Source: Thermosulfurimonas dismutans (GTDB lineage Bacteria; Desulfobacterota; Thermodesulfobacteria; Thermodesulfobacteriales; Thermodesulfobacteriaceae). From it: a DNA stretch of 32,000 nucleotides. Position 1 is the stretch's first letter; each line of letters begins with the position of its first letter. Where the stretch lies: assembly GCF_001652585.1 (NCBI RefSeq), contig NZ_LWLG01000006.1, positions 30,001-62,000 on the forward strand, written 5' to 3'. The position numbers and the translations under genes are program-made. Shown in pieces: positions 1-7,716 of this stretch. Below the pieces are notes generated by a model. It was not told where the DNA came from, made no database searches, and saw nothing but the letters and a program-made list of their open reading frames with translations.

Positions 1-873
1 GTCTCCAAGTACATTTAGATATTCTTCAATATCAAGATCGTCGTACTCTTGTTGTCTTGTTCCGGTAATACGAAATTTGTCTATGGATTGCCAATCAACA
101 ACTTCAGGTGGAGCTAAGTGAAGTTTTTCTATATTTTTGTTTTTTATTGCCTCCTCTAATTTAGAGTTTAGGAACTTAATTAGACTTAGATCTCTTACTT
201 CGTTTAAATAGTCTACCCAGCCGAAATATTGTTTATATCGATTATCATAGTAAGCCTCTAAAATTTGCTTGCACTTTTCTCCAAGCTGATCAATTGTGAT
301 TTGTGCAGTAAAAGTCAGAGCATCAGCTCCAGTTAATCGCTTTGCAAAAGCTTCATCTTCAGGCTCTCCTGTTACAGCCCGAAGTAAATCTCTCGAAACA
401 TCTAAACCAAAAACTCCTAAATCTGCTCCTCGACTTGTTTGTTTTCGGGTAGCAAGCATCATGTCTTCATAAGTTCTCAAATCTAAGCTGCGCAATCTAT
501 TCGGATGAATTCGATTTAGAACTACTTTTAGACCAAAATTAAGCTCATAACAATCTGGCTTTAAAAGATTACGGCCATAACCAAAGGTAAACGCAAAAAT
601 CCTTTTTTCAGTTTTTATAAAAAGTACACCTGAAGCATTTGAAACACTTATCTCATTAAGATCCAAATCTAATGAGGGTTGAATAAACTCGATCCATTTA
701 GGAGGTCTACTTAACGAAGTTGAATACCAAAACTCTCCTTCAAAAGGAAGTTCCGACCTAAGAGGAATTCTCTTAAGTGCATCAGGATTTCGTAATGCGT
801 CCTGAAAAGAACTTATGTTATCTTTCAGCAGCAAGACCGTTAGCTTTTGTGTTTTTTTCTTAGTTGAGCTCAC
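1..873 (-). CDS. DUF6119 / TIGR04141-family 'sporadically distributed' protein, N-terminal ~290 aa (the gene continues past position 1)
   Basis: It is absent from the ORF track because it is open at the window edge. Manual minus-strand translation is uninterrupted: (M)SSTKKKTQKLTVLLLKDNISSFQDALRNPDALKRIPL..GEFWYSTSLSRPPKWIEFIQP..GVLFIKTEKRIFAFTFGYGRNLLKPDCYELNFGLKVVLNRIHPNRLRSLDLRTYEDMMLATRKQTSRGADLGVFGLDVSRDLLRAVTGEP..YFGWVDYLNEVRD. This matches my recollection of the TIGR04141 N-terminal pattern. The GTG at 873 follows a GGGGA SD-like sequence. An in-frame ATG at 900 has no SD. Confidence 0.55.
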   Translation of the reverse strand, partial: MSSTKKKTQKLTVLLLKDNISSFQDALRNPDALKRIPLRSELPFEGEFWYSTSLSRPPKWIEFIQPSLDLDLNEISVSNASGVLFIKTEKRIFAFTFGYGRNLLKPDCYELNFGLKVVLNRIHPNRLRSLDLRTYEDMMLATRKQTSRGADLGVFGLDVSRDLLRAVTGEPEDEAFAKRLTGADALTFTAQITIDQLGEKCKQILEAYYDNRYKQYFGWVDYLNEVRDLSLIKFLNSKLEEAIKNKNIEKLHLAPPEVVDWQSIDKFRITGTRQQEYDDLDIEEYLNVLGD

Positions 874-2215
874 AAAATTTCCCCACAAACTTTTCCGCAT
901 CTTTGATGCGGATTTGACCGGAAATGAGTTTGGGAAGGAGGGTGTCGCGTACACCTGATAATGTTTGCGATTCTTTGTTGTTAGATTTTATTTTCAAAAA
1001 TAGGGGGTCAACGGTTTTTTCAAATTGGATTAATATTTCTGAAGGAGCTTCAGGAATATAGAAATGTTCAAAGGCTTCTTTAGAAACTCTTTGACGGCCA
1101 GATGTTCCTTTCATAGTTTTTACCGCAAAGTCTCTCAATTTTTCCCATCGAGACAAACAATAAATAAAATATGATCCAGCTCTTTTAGGTGAAAACACCA
1201 AAAATTCCGTTGATCCCCATCCTACTTGATCTTCTTCTAAAAAGTTAACTAAAGTTGTTTTGCCGTTTTCTAAACAGGGAGTTATGCGTGCAAATAAAAC
1301 GTCACCATTTTTAAACTTACTTCCGGAAGTAAATTCTCGGAGCTTGGGGGGAGATAGCAATTCCAATCCCGATGTGGGCAAAGATGCCATATCTACATAA
1401 GGAGCAATTTTCCCTTTGGAAAGGGAATATTTAGGATTTATCTCAATAATTTCTGTAAAAGAACTAACCCTCCACCCCTTCGGTATCGGGCCGAGGGGGG
1501 AATCCTCAAAGGAATCAGGGAAGAGCCGGGCGATTTCGGGAGAAAGTTTGGGGGTGGAGATGGCGCGGCGGCGGGCGGCCTTTTCCGCCAGGGCGTCGGG
1601 AATGGGGTTTCCGGCCTTAAGGGCGTTGTCAATCACCGGGGCAAAGTCCACAAACCAGGACTTAAAGATGGCCTTCGCCATCTCCTCCAGCGTCTCATTC
1701 ATCCGCCGATTAAGCTCTATCTTGTCATCCAGCGTGCCGAGTATGTGAGCGATGGCTTTTTGTTCGGGGAGGGGTGGAAGAGGAATTTGAATCTCATCAA
1801 ATGATTTCATGGTAATAGTATCAAATACCGTCCCATAAGAAACCGCATGCATTTCCTGTATAGAGGCTTTTAAAGCGTAGTAGAGATAATCTTGATCTAT
1901 TTTGTTTGTGTCTTTAGGAATCAAGCCATAACAAGTTTGATTAAACGCCATATTTTCGCCCAATTGGGCAATAGCTCCCACTGTTCCGCGTGCAGTAATA
2001 ATTACTGTTCCTTTTGGTAAAATCTTGGCCGCACTATTGTTGAGACCTTCTTCGGTTATTGTTTCAGCGGTAGAGAAAAGATATCTACCTTTATTGTTTA
2101 CAACATCCTTAGCTGTAGCCCATTTTATAGAACCATCCCAGTAACTTGAAATACCACGCTTGGGAGTGCCTCCTAATACAGGGATAGCAATGTCAGAAAT
2201 CGGTACTTTTCTCAT
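860..2215 (-). CDS. hsdS: Type I restriction-modification specificity subunit HsdS (two TRDs)
   Basis: Two target-recognition halves are separated by the conserved central helix LPPLPEQKAIAHILGTLDDKIELNRRMNETLEEMAKAIFKSWFVDF. The C-terminal conserved repeat is SQTLSGVRDTLLPKLISGQIRI. Confidence 0.9.
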   Translation of the reverse strand: MRKVPISDIAIPVLGGTPKRGISSYWDGSIKWATAKDVVNNKGRYLFSTAETITEEGLNNSAAKILPKGTVIITARGTVGAIAQLGENMAFNQTCYGLIPKDTNKIDQDYLYYALKASIQEMHAVSYGTVFDTITMKSFDEIQIPLPPLPEQKAIAHILGTLDDKIELNRRMNETLEEMAKAIFKSWFVDFAPVIDNALKAGNPIPDALAEKAARRRAISTPKLSPEIARLFPDSFEDSPLGPIPKGWRVSSFTEIIEINPKYSLSKGKIAPYVDMASLPTSGLELLSPPKLREFTSGSKFKNGDVLFARITPCLENGKTTLVNFLEEDQVGWGSTEFLVFSPKRAGSYFIYCLSRWEKLRDFAVKTMKGTSGRQRVSKEAFEHFYIPEAPSEILIQFEKTVDPLFLKIKSNNKESQTLSGVRDTLLPKLISGQIRIKDAEKFVGKFCELN

Positions 2216-2305
2216 TTTTTTTGCGAGACGTTAAACGAAAAATTCACTCTTACTCTCTCCTCAATCCTTTTTCTGATCTGCGAATACAATCTGGCGTTAA
2301 GATTT

Positions 2306-3322
2306 TCACGTTCCCTCCAGCTCCCTTTCCAATTCCTCCACACTCGGCAAACTACTCTTGATCTCCTCCGGTAGAGCACGGGTCAGGCGATAAGAAGAAA
2401 CGCCTATTGGTTTGGTGGTATCCCTTAAGGCGTACTCTACGATTACTTTGTTTTTGGACTTGCAAAGGATGATGCCTATAGAAGGCCTATCGTCGGGATG
2501 ACGGAACAAATCGTCCACCGCCGAAAGATAAAAATTCATCTTGCCGGCATATTCCGGCTTGAATTCGCCAGTCTTAAGTTCTATCACCACATAACAGCGG
2601 AGTTTTAGGTGATAAAAGAGGAGGTCCAGGTAAAAATCCTCTCCCCCGACTTCCAGGTGAACTTGACTACCCACAAAGGCAAAACCAACTCCTAATTCAA
2701 GGAGAAAATCCCGGATGCGGGCGATGAGCTGCCTTTCAAGCTCACGCTCGCGGATATCTTCCGCCAATCCCAGAAAATCAAAAACATAGGGATCTTTCAG
2801 TATTTCTTGAGCAAGGTCTGATTGGGGAGCAGGCAAAGTCCGATCAAAATTGGTAATGGCTTTTCCCTTACGATGATAAAGGCCGCTTTCTATTTGGTGG
2901 ACCAGGACGTTTCGGCTCCACCCATGCTCGATGGTTTGTCGGATGTACCATATACGCTCAGCAGGATCTTTGACTTTATCTAAAAGGGTGCAATGATGGA
3001 ACCAGGGGATTTGTGCAGCAACCTGCTGCACAAATTCTTTGTCAGGATAGGCTTCAGCAAAAGCCCGCATATACTTCAAATTCCGGGCTGAAAAACCCTT
3101 CAGGTCTGGAAACTCTCGCCTCAGATCCTGTGCCAGACGGTCAATCACCTTTGAACCCCAGCCTTCCTTTTTCTGGCGTTCCAGGACCATCCGGCCGATT
3201 TCCCAGTAGCGCAGGATAAGTTCGCGGTTGGCGGAAAGGGCAGCTTTGATCCGGGCCCTTCGAATACGCTCCTTCAAATCCGCTAAAAATTCGGCATAGC
3301 CGGGAGGTAAGCTATTAAACAT
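2306..3322 (-). CDS. DUF1016 / YhcG-family PD-(D/E)XK nuclease-domain protein
   Basis: The N-terminal region has typical DUF1016 strings (RYWEIGRMV, GWGSKVIDRLAQDL, GFSARNLKYMRAF, WSRNVLVHQIESGLYHR). The C-terminal nuclease core is DFYLDLLFYHLKLRCYVVIELK (D...ExK). Confidence 0.8.
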   Translation of the reverse strand: MFNSLPPGYAEFLADLKERIRRARIKAALSANRELILRYWEIGRMVLERQKKEGWGSKVIDRLAQDLRREFPDLKGFSARNLKYMRAFAEAYPDKEFVQQVAAQIPWFHHCTLLDKVKDPAERIWYIRQTIEHGWSRNVLVHQIESGLYHRKGKAITNFDRTLPAPQSDLAQEILKDPYVFDFLGLAEDIRERELERQLIARIRDFLLELGVGFAFVGSQVHLEVGGEDFYLDLLFYHLKLRCYVVIELKTGEFKPEYAGKMNFYLSAVDDLFRHPDDRPSIGIILCKSKNKVIVEYALRDTTKPIGVSSYRLTRALPEEIKSSLPSVEELERELEGT

Positions 3323-3626
3323 TCACCAGCTCCTCTTTTATATGCTGCCAGAGTCTTGGTTTGCGAATAACAGCTTTTTTAGAAACTACATCAACTTCAA
3401 GGCCTAAGATTTGTTCTAAATAATCTTTGAGATCTATTATTTTTAAGCCGATAGGCTTTTCAAACTCAACTAGAATATCAATATCACTGGCAGTAGTTTC
3501 CTCGCCACGCACATAAGAACCAAAAAGATTGGTCTCTTTAACGCAAAATTCTTTAGCTAAAACGGGTTTATGTGCTTGAAGAATGCGTTTTATTTCTTCT
3601 AAAGATTTATTCCCCATAAAACCCAA
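3315..3626 (-). CDS. Minimal nucleotidyltransferase (MNT/MntA-like, Pol-beta superfamily)
   Basis: It has the GSYVRGEETTASDIDILVEF motif (GS-x-x-RG...D-x-D) and is ~100 aa. Its stop overlaps the DUF1016 start by 8 nt (ATGTTTAA). Confidence 0.8.
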   Translation of the reverse strand: MGFMGNKSLEEIKRILQAHKPVLAKEFCVKETNLFGSYVRGEETTASDIDILVEFEKPIGLKIIDLKDYLEQILGLEVDVVSKKAVIRKPRLWQHIKEELVNV

Positions 3627-3642
3627 ATTGTTTCTGTTTTAG

Positions 3643-3993
3643 TTATAGTTTCTTCTGTCTAATCTTAGTTCGTTCTACTACTGTAAACATTCCTTTAAGT
3701 TTAATGTTTTGCAAACTTAAAATCTTTAATAAGATTTCTCCACATTCCTCAGGATAAGTAGGAGTAAAGCGAAAATATATTATTCCGGCAGGCCGAAACT
3801 CTTTTTCGTGAAAAATTATCTTTCCATAATCTTTGTCAAAAGTAAGGATTATTCTCTCTTCTTTCTGCGCTATTCTTAAAACTTCTCTATCACTGATACC
3901 TGGAGACTCTTCCATAATAGATTTTACGTCGTATCCATTGTCTCTTAAAAGTTTTATGGACTTTAACGGAATATTTTCATTAGCTAATAGCAT
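3643..3993 (-). CDS. DUF5615 (Mut7-C/PIN-like) putative toxin
   Basis: The sequence MLLANENIPLKSIKLLRDNGYDVKSI...SDREVLRIAQKEERIILTFDKDYG matches the DEN-LP...GHDV...D.E.L..A..E.R.L.T.DKDFG pattern of DUF5615. Confidence 0.7.
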   Translation of the reverse strand: MLLANENIPLKSIKLLRDNGYDVKSIMEESPGISDREVLRIAQKEERIILTFDKDYGKIIFHEKEFRPAGIIYFRFTPTYPEECGEILLKILSLQNIKLKGMFTVVERTKIRQKKL

Positions 3994-4247
3994 TATGCAG
4001 CTTCTCTGTTTTCCAACTCATAAATTAGCTCTTCACGCATACAATCGGCGACAAACGCGAAAACCGCTTTTAAGCTATCAAGAGTAAGAGAAGGATAATT
4101 TTCTAATATTTGTTCTACAGTCCAGCCTTCGGCAAGTAAATTCAAAATAAACTCTACAGAAAGTCTCGTCCCTTTGATAACAGGTTTTCCAGCCAAAATT
4201 TCAGGATTTGAAGTAATATAGTCTTGCCACCTCATAAATTCCTCCAA
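3993..4247 (-). CDS. DUF433 putative antitoxin / HTH-like partner
   Basis: The sequence NPEILAGKPVIKGTRLSVEFILNLLAEGWTVEQILENYPSLTLDSLKAV is the DUF433 signature. Its stop and the next gene's start share TAATG. Confidence 0.75.
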   Translation of the reverse strand: MEEFMRWQDYITSNPEILAGKPVIKGTRLSVEFILNLLAEGWTVEQILENYPSLTLDSLKAVFAFVADCMREELIYELENREAA

Positions 4248-4256
4248 TTTGTTTTT

Positions 4257-5930
4257 TTAGTTACCATAAAACCCAAGCTCCCTTAAATTGCGTTTTATAG
4301 CTTCTTCAAGTTTTGTGCTTTCGGCAAATTGAGTCTCCAGCTCCGCCACCAGGCGTTTCAGCTTTTCTTCAAAGGGCTCGTCGTCTTCTTCCTGCTGCGA
4401 GATGCCTACATACCGTCCGGGCGTGAGCACGTAGTCGTGTTTGCGGATCTCTTCAAGGCTTACGTTTTTACAAAAGCCGGGAACATCCTTATACTCTCCC
4501 GCACCTTCCTCACCGCGCCAGGCATGGTATGTCTGAGCAATTTCTTGGATTTCTTCGTCGGTTAACTCCCGATGGACGCGATCCACCATACGACCCATAC
4601 GGCGGGCGTCGATAAAAAGCACTTCGCCCCGGCGGTCACGAAGACGCTTCTTTTGCCCGGCAGGGGGACGACCGCTCTTGTCCCTGGCCAGAAACCACAG
4701 GCAGGCCGGGATCTGGGTGGTGTAAAAAAGTTTGTCAGGCAGGGCCACGATGCAGTCCACCAGGTCGGCTTCCACGATATTTTTACGAATCTCCCCTTCG
4801 TTTGACTGATTAGAAGAAAGCGAGCCGTTGGCGAGCACCACCCCAGCGTAACCTACTGGTGATAGATGATGGATCATGTGCTGTAGCCAGGCAAAGTTGG
4901 CATTTCTCGCCGGCGGAAGCCCATATTTCCAGCGTTTGTCGTGGCGGAGTTGTTCTGCGCCCCAGTTCTTCATATTGAAAGGTGGATTGGCCAAGATGTA
5001 ATCGGCTTTGAGATCAGGAAACCGATCATTTAAAAAAGTGTCGCCTTGCTCGATCTTGCCCTCTATGCCACGGATGGCGAGGTTCATTTTACAGAGACGC
5101 CAGGTGGTGTAATTAAGTTCCTGGCCGTAGATGCTGATTCGGGCCCGGGCCCGGCCACCGTTACCGTTGCCCGTGGCGTGGGCCTCTACAAAACGCACCG
5201 ACTGCACAAACATGCCGCCAGAGCCACAGCAAGGGTCGTAAACCCGGCCCTCAAAAGGCTCAAGCATCTCGACCAGAAGCTTTACCACCGAAGCCGGAGT
5301 GTAAAATTCACCCCCTTTTCGGCCTTCGGCGCTGGCAAATTGGCCGAGAAAATATTCGTAAACCCGCCCCAGAACGTCCTTGGACCGGGCTTCTTCGCCC
5401 TCTAACCGGATATTCGTAATCAGATCTATGAGTTGGCCCAGGCGCTGTTTATCCAGGGCCGGGCGAGCATAATCTTTAGGAAGCACCCCTTTTAGGGAGG
5501 GGTTCTCGCGCTCTAAGACCTCCATGGCCTCGTCCACTATCTGGCCGATCTCCGGCCGACGGGCGTTTTGCTTGAGACGCTCCCAGCGGGCGGGAGAAGG
5601 CACCCAGAAGACGTTGGCCGCCCGATACTCGTCGGGATCTTCGGGATCGGCGTAAGGTTCCTGTTCAAGTCGTTTGCGATGTTCCTCGAAAGCGTCCGAG
5701 ATGTACTTGAGGAAGATCAGCCCCAGGACCACGTGTTTGTACTCGGCGGCGTCCATACTTCCCCGCAGGGCATTGGCCGCCTCCCAGAGCTTGGCTTCGA
5801 AACCAAGATTGGCCGTGCTACGCCTTTTCTCTTTTGGTGGACGGGGTGGTTTTAATTCCAATTTGGGAGTACTGGTATTTTGGCCCTTTAGTTCTTCCAC
5901 AAACTCATCTATAGGATTCTTTTTCGGCAT
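4257..5930 (-). CDS. hsdM: Type I restriction-modification DNA methyltransferase subunit HsdM (N6-adenine)
   Basis: It has the HsdM_N region ([32 protein letters not shown]), AdoMet motif I ([12 protein letters not shown]) and catalytic motif IV (ILANPPFN). The ATG at 5930 is preferred (GGGGG SD-like sequence upstream); the ORF-track start at 5948 is a TTG. Confidence 0.93.
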   Translation of the reverse strand: MPKKNPIDEFVEELKGQNTSTPKLELKPPRPPKEKRRSTANLGFEAKLWEAANALRGSMDAAEYKHVVLGLIFLKYISDAFEEHRKRLEQEPYADPEDPDEYRAANVFWVPSPARWERLKQNARRPEIGQIVDEAMEVLERENPSLKGVLPKDYARPALDKQRLGQLIDLITNIRLEGEEARSKDVLGRVYEYFLGQFASAEGRKGGEFYTPASVVKLLVEMLEPFEGRVYDPCCGSGGMFVQSVRFVEAHATGNGNGGRARARISIYGQELNYTTWRLCKMNLAIRGIEGKIEQGDTFLNDRFPDLKADYILANPPFNMKNWGAEQLRHDKRWKYGLPPARNANFAWLQHMIHHLSPVGYAGVVLANGSLSSNQSNEGEIRKNIVEADLVDCIVALPDKLFYTTQIPACLWFLARDKSGRPPAGQKKRLRDRRGEVLFIDARRMGRMVDRVHRELTDEEIQEIAQTYHAWRGEEGAGEYKDVPGFCKNVSLEEIRKHDYVLTPGRYVGISQQEEDDEPFEEKLKRLVAELETQFAESTKLEEAIKRNLRELGFYGN

Positions 5931-6240
5931 ATAGGCCCCCGGATACAACAGAGTCTTAATACTTCAATACTTCTTTATCTTCTGGCTTACCACGCCGATG
6001 ATCTCATGCTCCTCGGTCATCTCGATTTTGGAATATTCGTGTTTTTTCCTAAACTACCGTATAAGTATCTCTTTTTCCCCCTTAAAAGGCTTATCTACCT
6101 AATTTAGAATCTTTTGACAACTCGGTTTGGTGTCCATATAGGTGTCCAATATTTTGGAATTTTACGATTTTATGTTACCATCCAGGCGAGATAGAAAAAG
6201 ATTACGTGAGATTGATAAAGATCGAGAAAAGTTTATCGGC

Positions 6241-6285
6241 CTCTTAATCCATAGGTTGGAGGTTCGAGTCCTCCGCGGCCCACCA
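6241..6285 (+). pseudogene. tRNA-Lys(CUU) 3' fragment, from anticodon loop to CCA; putative island att remnant
   Basis: The sequence reads CTCTTAA (loop, anticodon CTT), TCCAT, AGGTT (variable loop), GGAGG-TTCGAGT-CCTCC (T arm), GCGGCCC-A-CCA. The upstream sequence cannot pair with the anticodon 3' stem. No GGGCCGC acceptor 5' strand occurs in 5950-6240. Confidence 0.7.
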
Positions 6286-6357
6286 AGTTTTTCAAGGGTT
6301 TCAGGAATCCTCTCCTCAGGGGTCCGTACAGATGTCCGTAAATTGCTTAAAGCCCTA

Positions 6358-7716
6358 CTACCGTGAGACAAACCGGAGCCAGAGGTAACCGGCTATTCCG
6401 GCGAGGAGGGAGGCTAAAAGGATACCCATCTTGGCCTGCTGAAGTAAAGCTTCCTCACCCGGCCAGGCCAGCTCTGTAATAAAGAGACACATGGTAAAAC
6501 CTATCCCGGCCAGAAACCCCACTCCTACGAGCTGCGAAGGCCGAACCCCGGTGGGTAAAAAAGCCAGCCCTAATCTCGATACCAGCCAGGCCGTGCCAGC
6601 GATGCCCACCGTCTTTCCCACCACCAGTCCCAAGACAATGCCCAGGGATACGGGATGAGCAAACACTTCGGCCAGAGCCCCGGGCTCCATGTGAATTCCA
6701 GCGTTAGCCAAGGCGAAGAGAGGGATGATCACCAAGGCCACCGGAAGATGCAGGGCGTGCTCCATCCGTAGTGAGGGAGGCTGCACATCCCTTACAGCCG
6801 TGTGAATAGCTTGGATAACTTCTTTTTGGTAAGGGGTGAGAGTATGGGGGGCCGCCGAAACGGGAACGGCCTCGCAGGCCTTGAGGAATCTCTGGAGAAC
6901 ATCTTTGAAGTATCCGGGGATCAGTTTGGGCCTGGTGGGGACCGTGAAAGCGGTAAGTACTCCGGCGATGGTGGCATGCACGCCGGAAGCCAGCATAAGT
7001 AGCCAGAGTATAGTGCCTCCTATAAAATAAGGCAGGCCATGATAGATTCCGGCACGATTGAAGGTCCAAAGCAGGGTCCACACTCCGAAAGCCCCGCCCA
7101 AAGCCTTGAAATCAATGGCATGAGTGTAGAATAAGGCTATTATGATCACCGCCCCCAGATCATCTACGATGGCTAAAGCGATGAGAAAGGTGACCAACCC
7201 CGAGGGAACGTAACGCCGAAGGAGCACCAGCACGCTTATGGCAAAGGCTATGTCCGTGGCCATGGGGATGCCCCAACCCCTGATGGTAGGCTCACCGTGG
7301 TTCACCAGGGCGTAGATGATAGCCGGAAATATCATTCCTCCGATGGCCGCTATCACCGGAAGCAGGGCCGCCTTAAAGTCCGAAAGCTCCCCCACCAGGA
7401 TCTCTCGTTTTATCTCCAGACCGATCAGAAAGAAAAAGAAGGCCATAAGGCCATCGTTTATCCAGTGATGCAGACTCATCCGTAGTTCCCACGAACCAAA
7501 GACTAGAGCCAGCTCTTTCTCGAAGAAGTGATGGTAGGCCCCGTTTACCGGAGAGTTAGCCAGAACAAGGGCCACCACGGTCATAACCATGAGGACCATA
7601 GCCGAGGCCGTTTGAGTCTTGATAAACTCCTCTATAGGGCTTAGGATCTTGTCCACCGCCCTCTCCCAAGGAGCAAAAAGTCGAAATTCATCGGGCAACT
7701 GTAGTTGATCTTTCAT
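6358..7716 (-). CDS. nhaA: Na+/H+ antiporter NhaA
   Basis: It has HHWINDGLMAFFFFLIGLEIKREILVGELS, multiple TM segments and the DDLGAV motif. Its ATG overlaps the upstream gene's stop (ATGA). Confidence 0.92.
   Translation of the reverse strand: MKDQLQLPDEFRLFAPWERAVDKILSPIEEFIKTQTASAMVLMVMTVVALVLANSPVNGAYHHFFEKELALVFGSWELRMSLHHWINDGLMAFFFFLIGLEIKREILVGELSDFKAALLPVIAAIGGMIFPAIIYALVNHGEPTIRGWGIPMATDIAFAISVLVLLRRYVPSGLVTFLIALAIVDDLGAVIIIALFYTHAIDFKALGGAFGVWTLLWTFNRAGIYHGLPYFIGGTILWLLMLASGVHATIAGVLTAFTVPTRPKLIPGYFKDVLQRFLKACEAVPVSAAPHTLTPYQKEVIQAIHTAVRDVQPPSLRMEHALHLPVALVIIPLFALANAGIHMEPGALAEVFAHPVSLGIVLGLVVGKTVGIAGTAWLVSRLGLAFLPTGVRPSQLVGVGFLAGIGFTMCLFITELAWPGEEALLQQAKMGILLASLLAGIAGYLWLRFVSR

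Larger units (their letters stand above)
1..6285. mobile_element. Right-hand part of a putative tRNA-Lys-targeted genomic (defence) island; the left end lies outside the window
   Basis: A tRNA 3'-half fragment at 6241-6285 has no 5' half. Upstream of it are foreign-looking AT-rich blocks and defence-type genes; downstream are housekeeping genes. No integrase is visible in the window. Confidence 0.45.

Noticed and set aside
5972-6052. A short minus-strand frame, GKNHEYSKIEMTEEHEIIGVVSQKIKKY*, just upstream of hsdM.
   Set aside because: It is only about 28 codons after an in-frame TAG, with no SD and no recognisable family. It may be a gene remnant, but this cannot be supported.
5935-6285. The possibility that the tRNA-like 3' end belongs to tmRNA (ssrA), a common island target.
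   Set aside because: No complementary 5' acceptor strand (GGGCCGC) or GGGG...-type 5' end occurs within 400 nt upstream. The fragment also has a normal anticodon loop (CUU) and a 5-nt variable loop, as expected for tRNA-Lys.
6142-6371. Two mutually antisense ORFs of ~70 aa spanning the tRNA-like sequence.
   Set aside because: They use a GTG start or overlap the nhaA stop, and they contain the tRNA T-arm/acceptor sequence. The region is better explained as non-coding att/tRNA remnant DNA.
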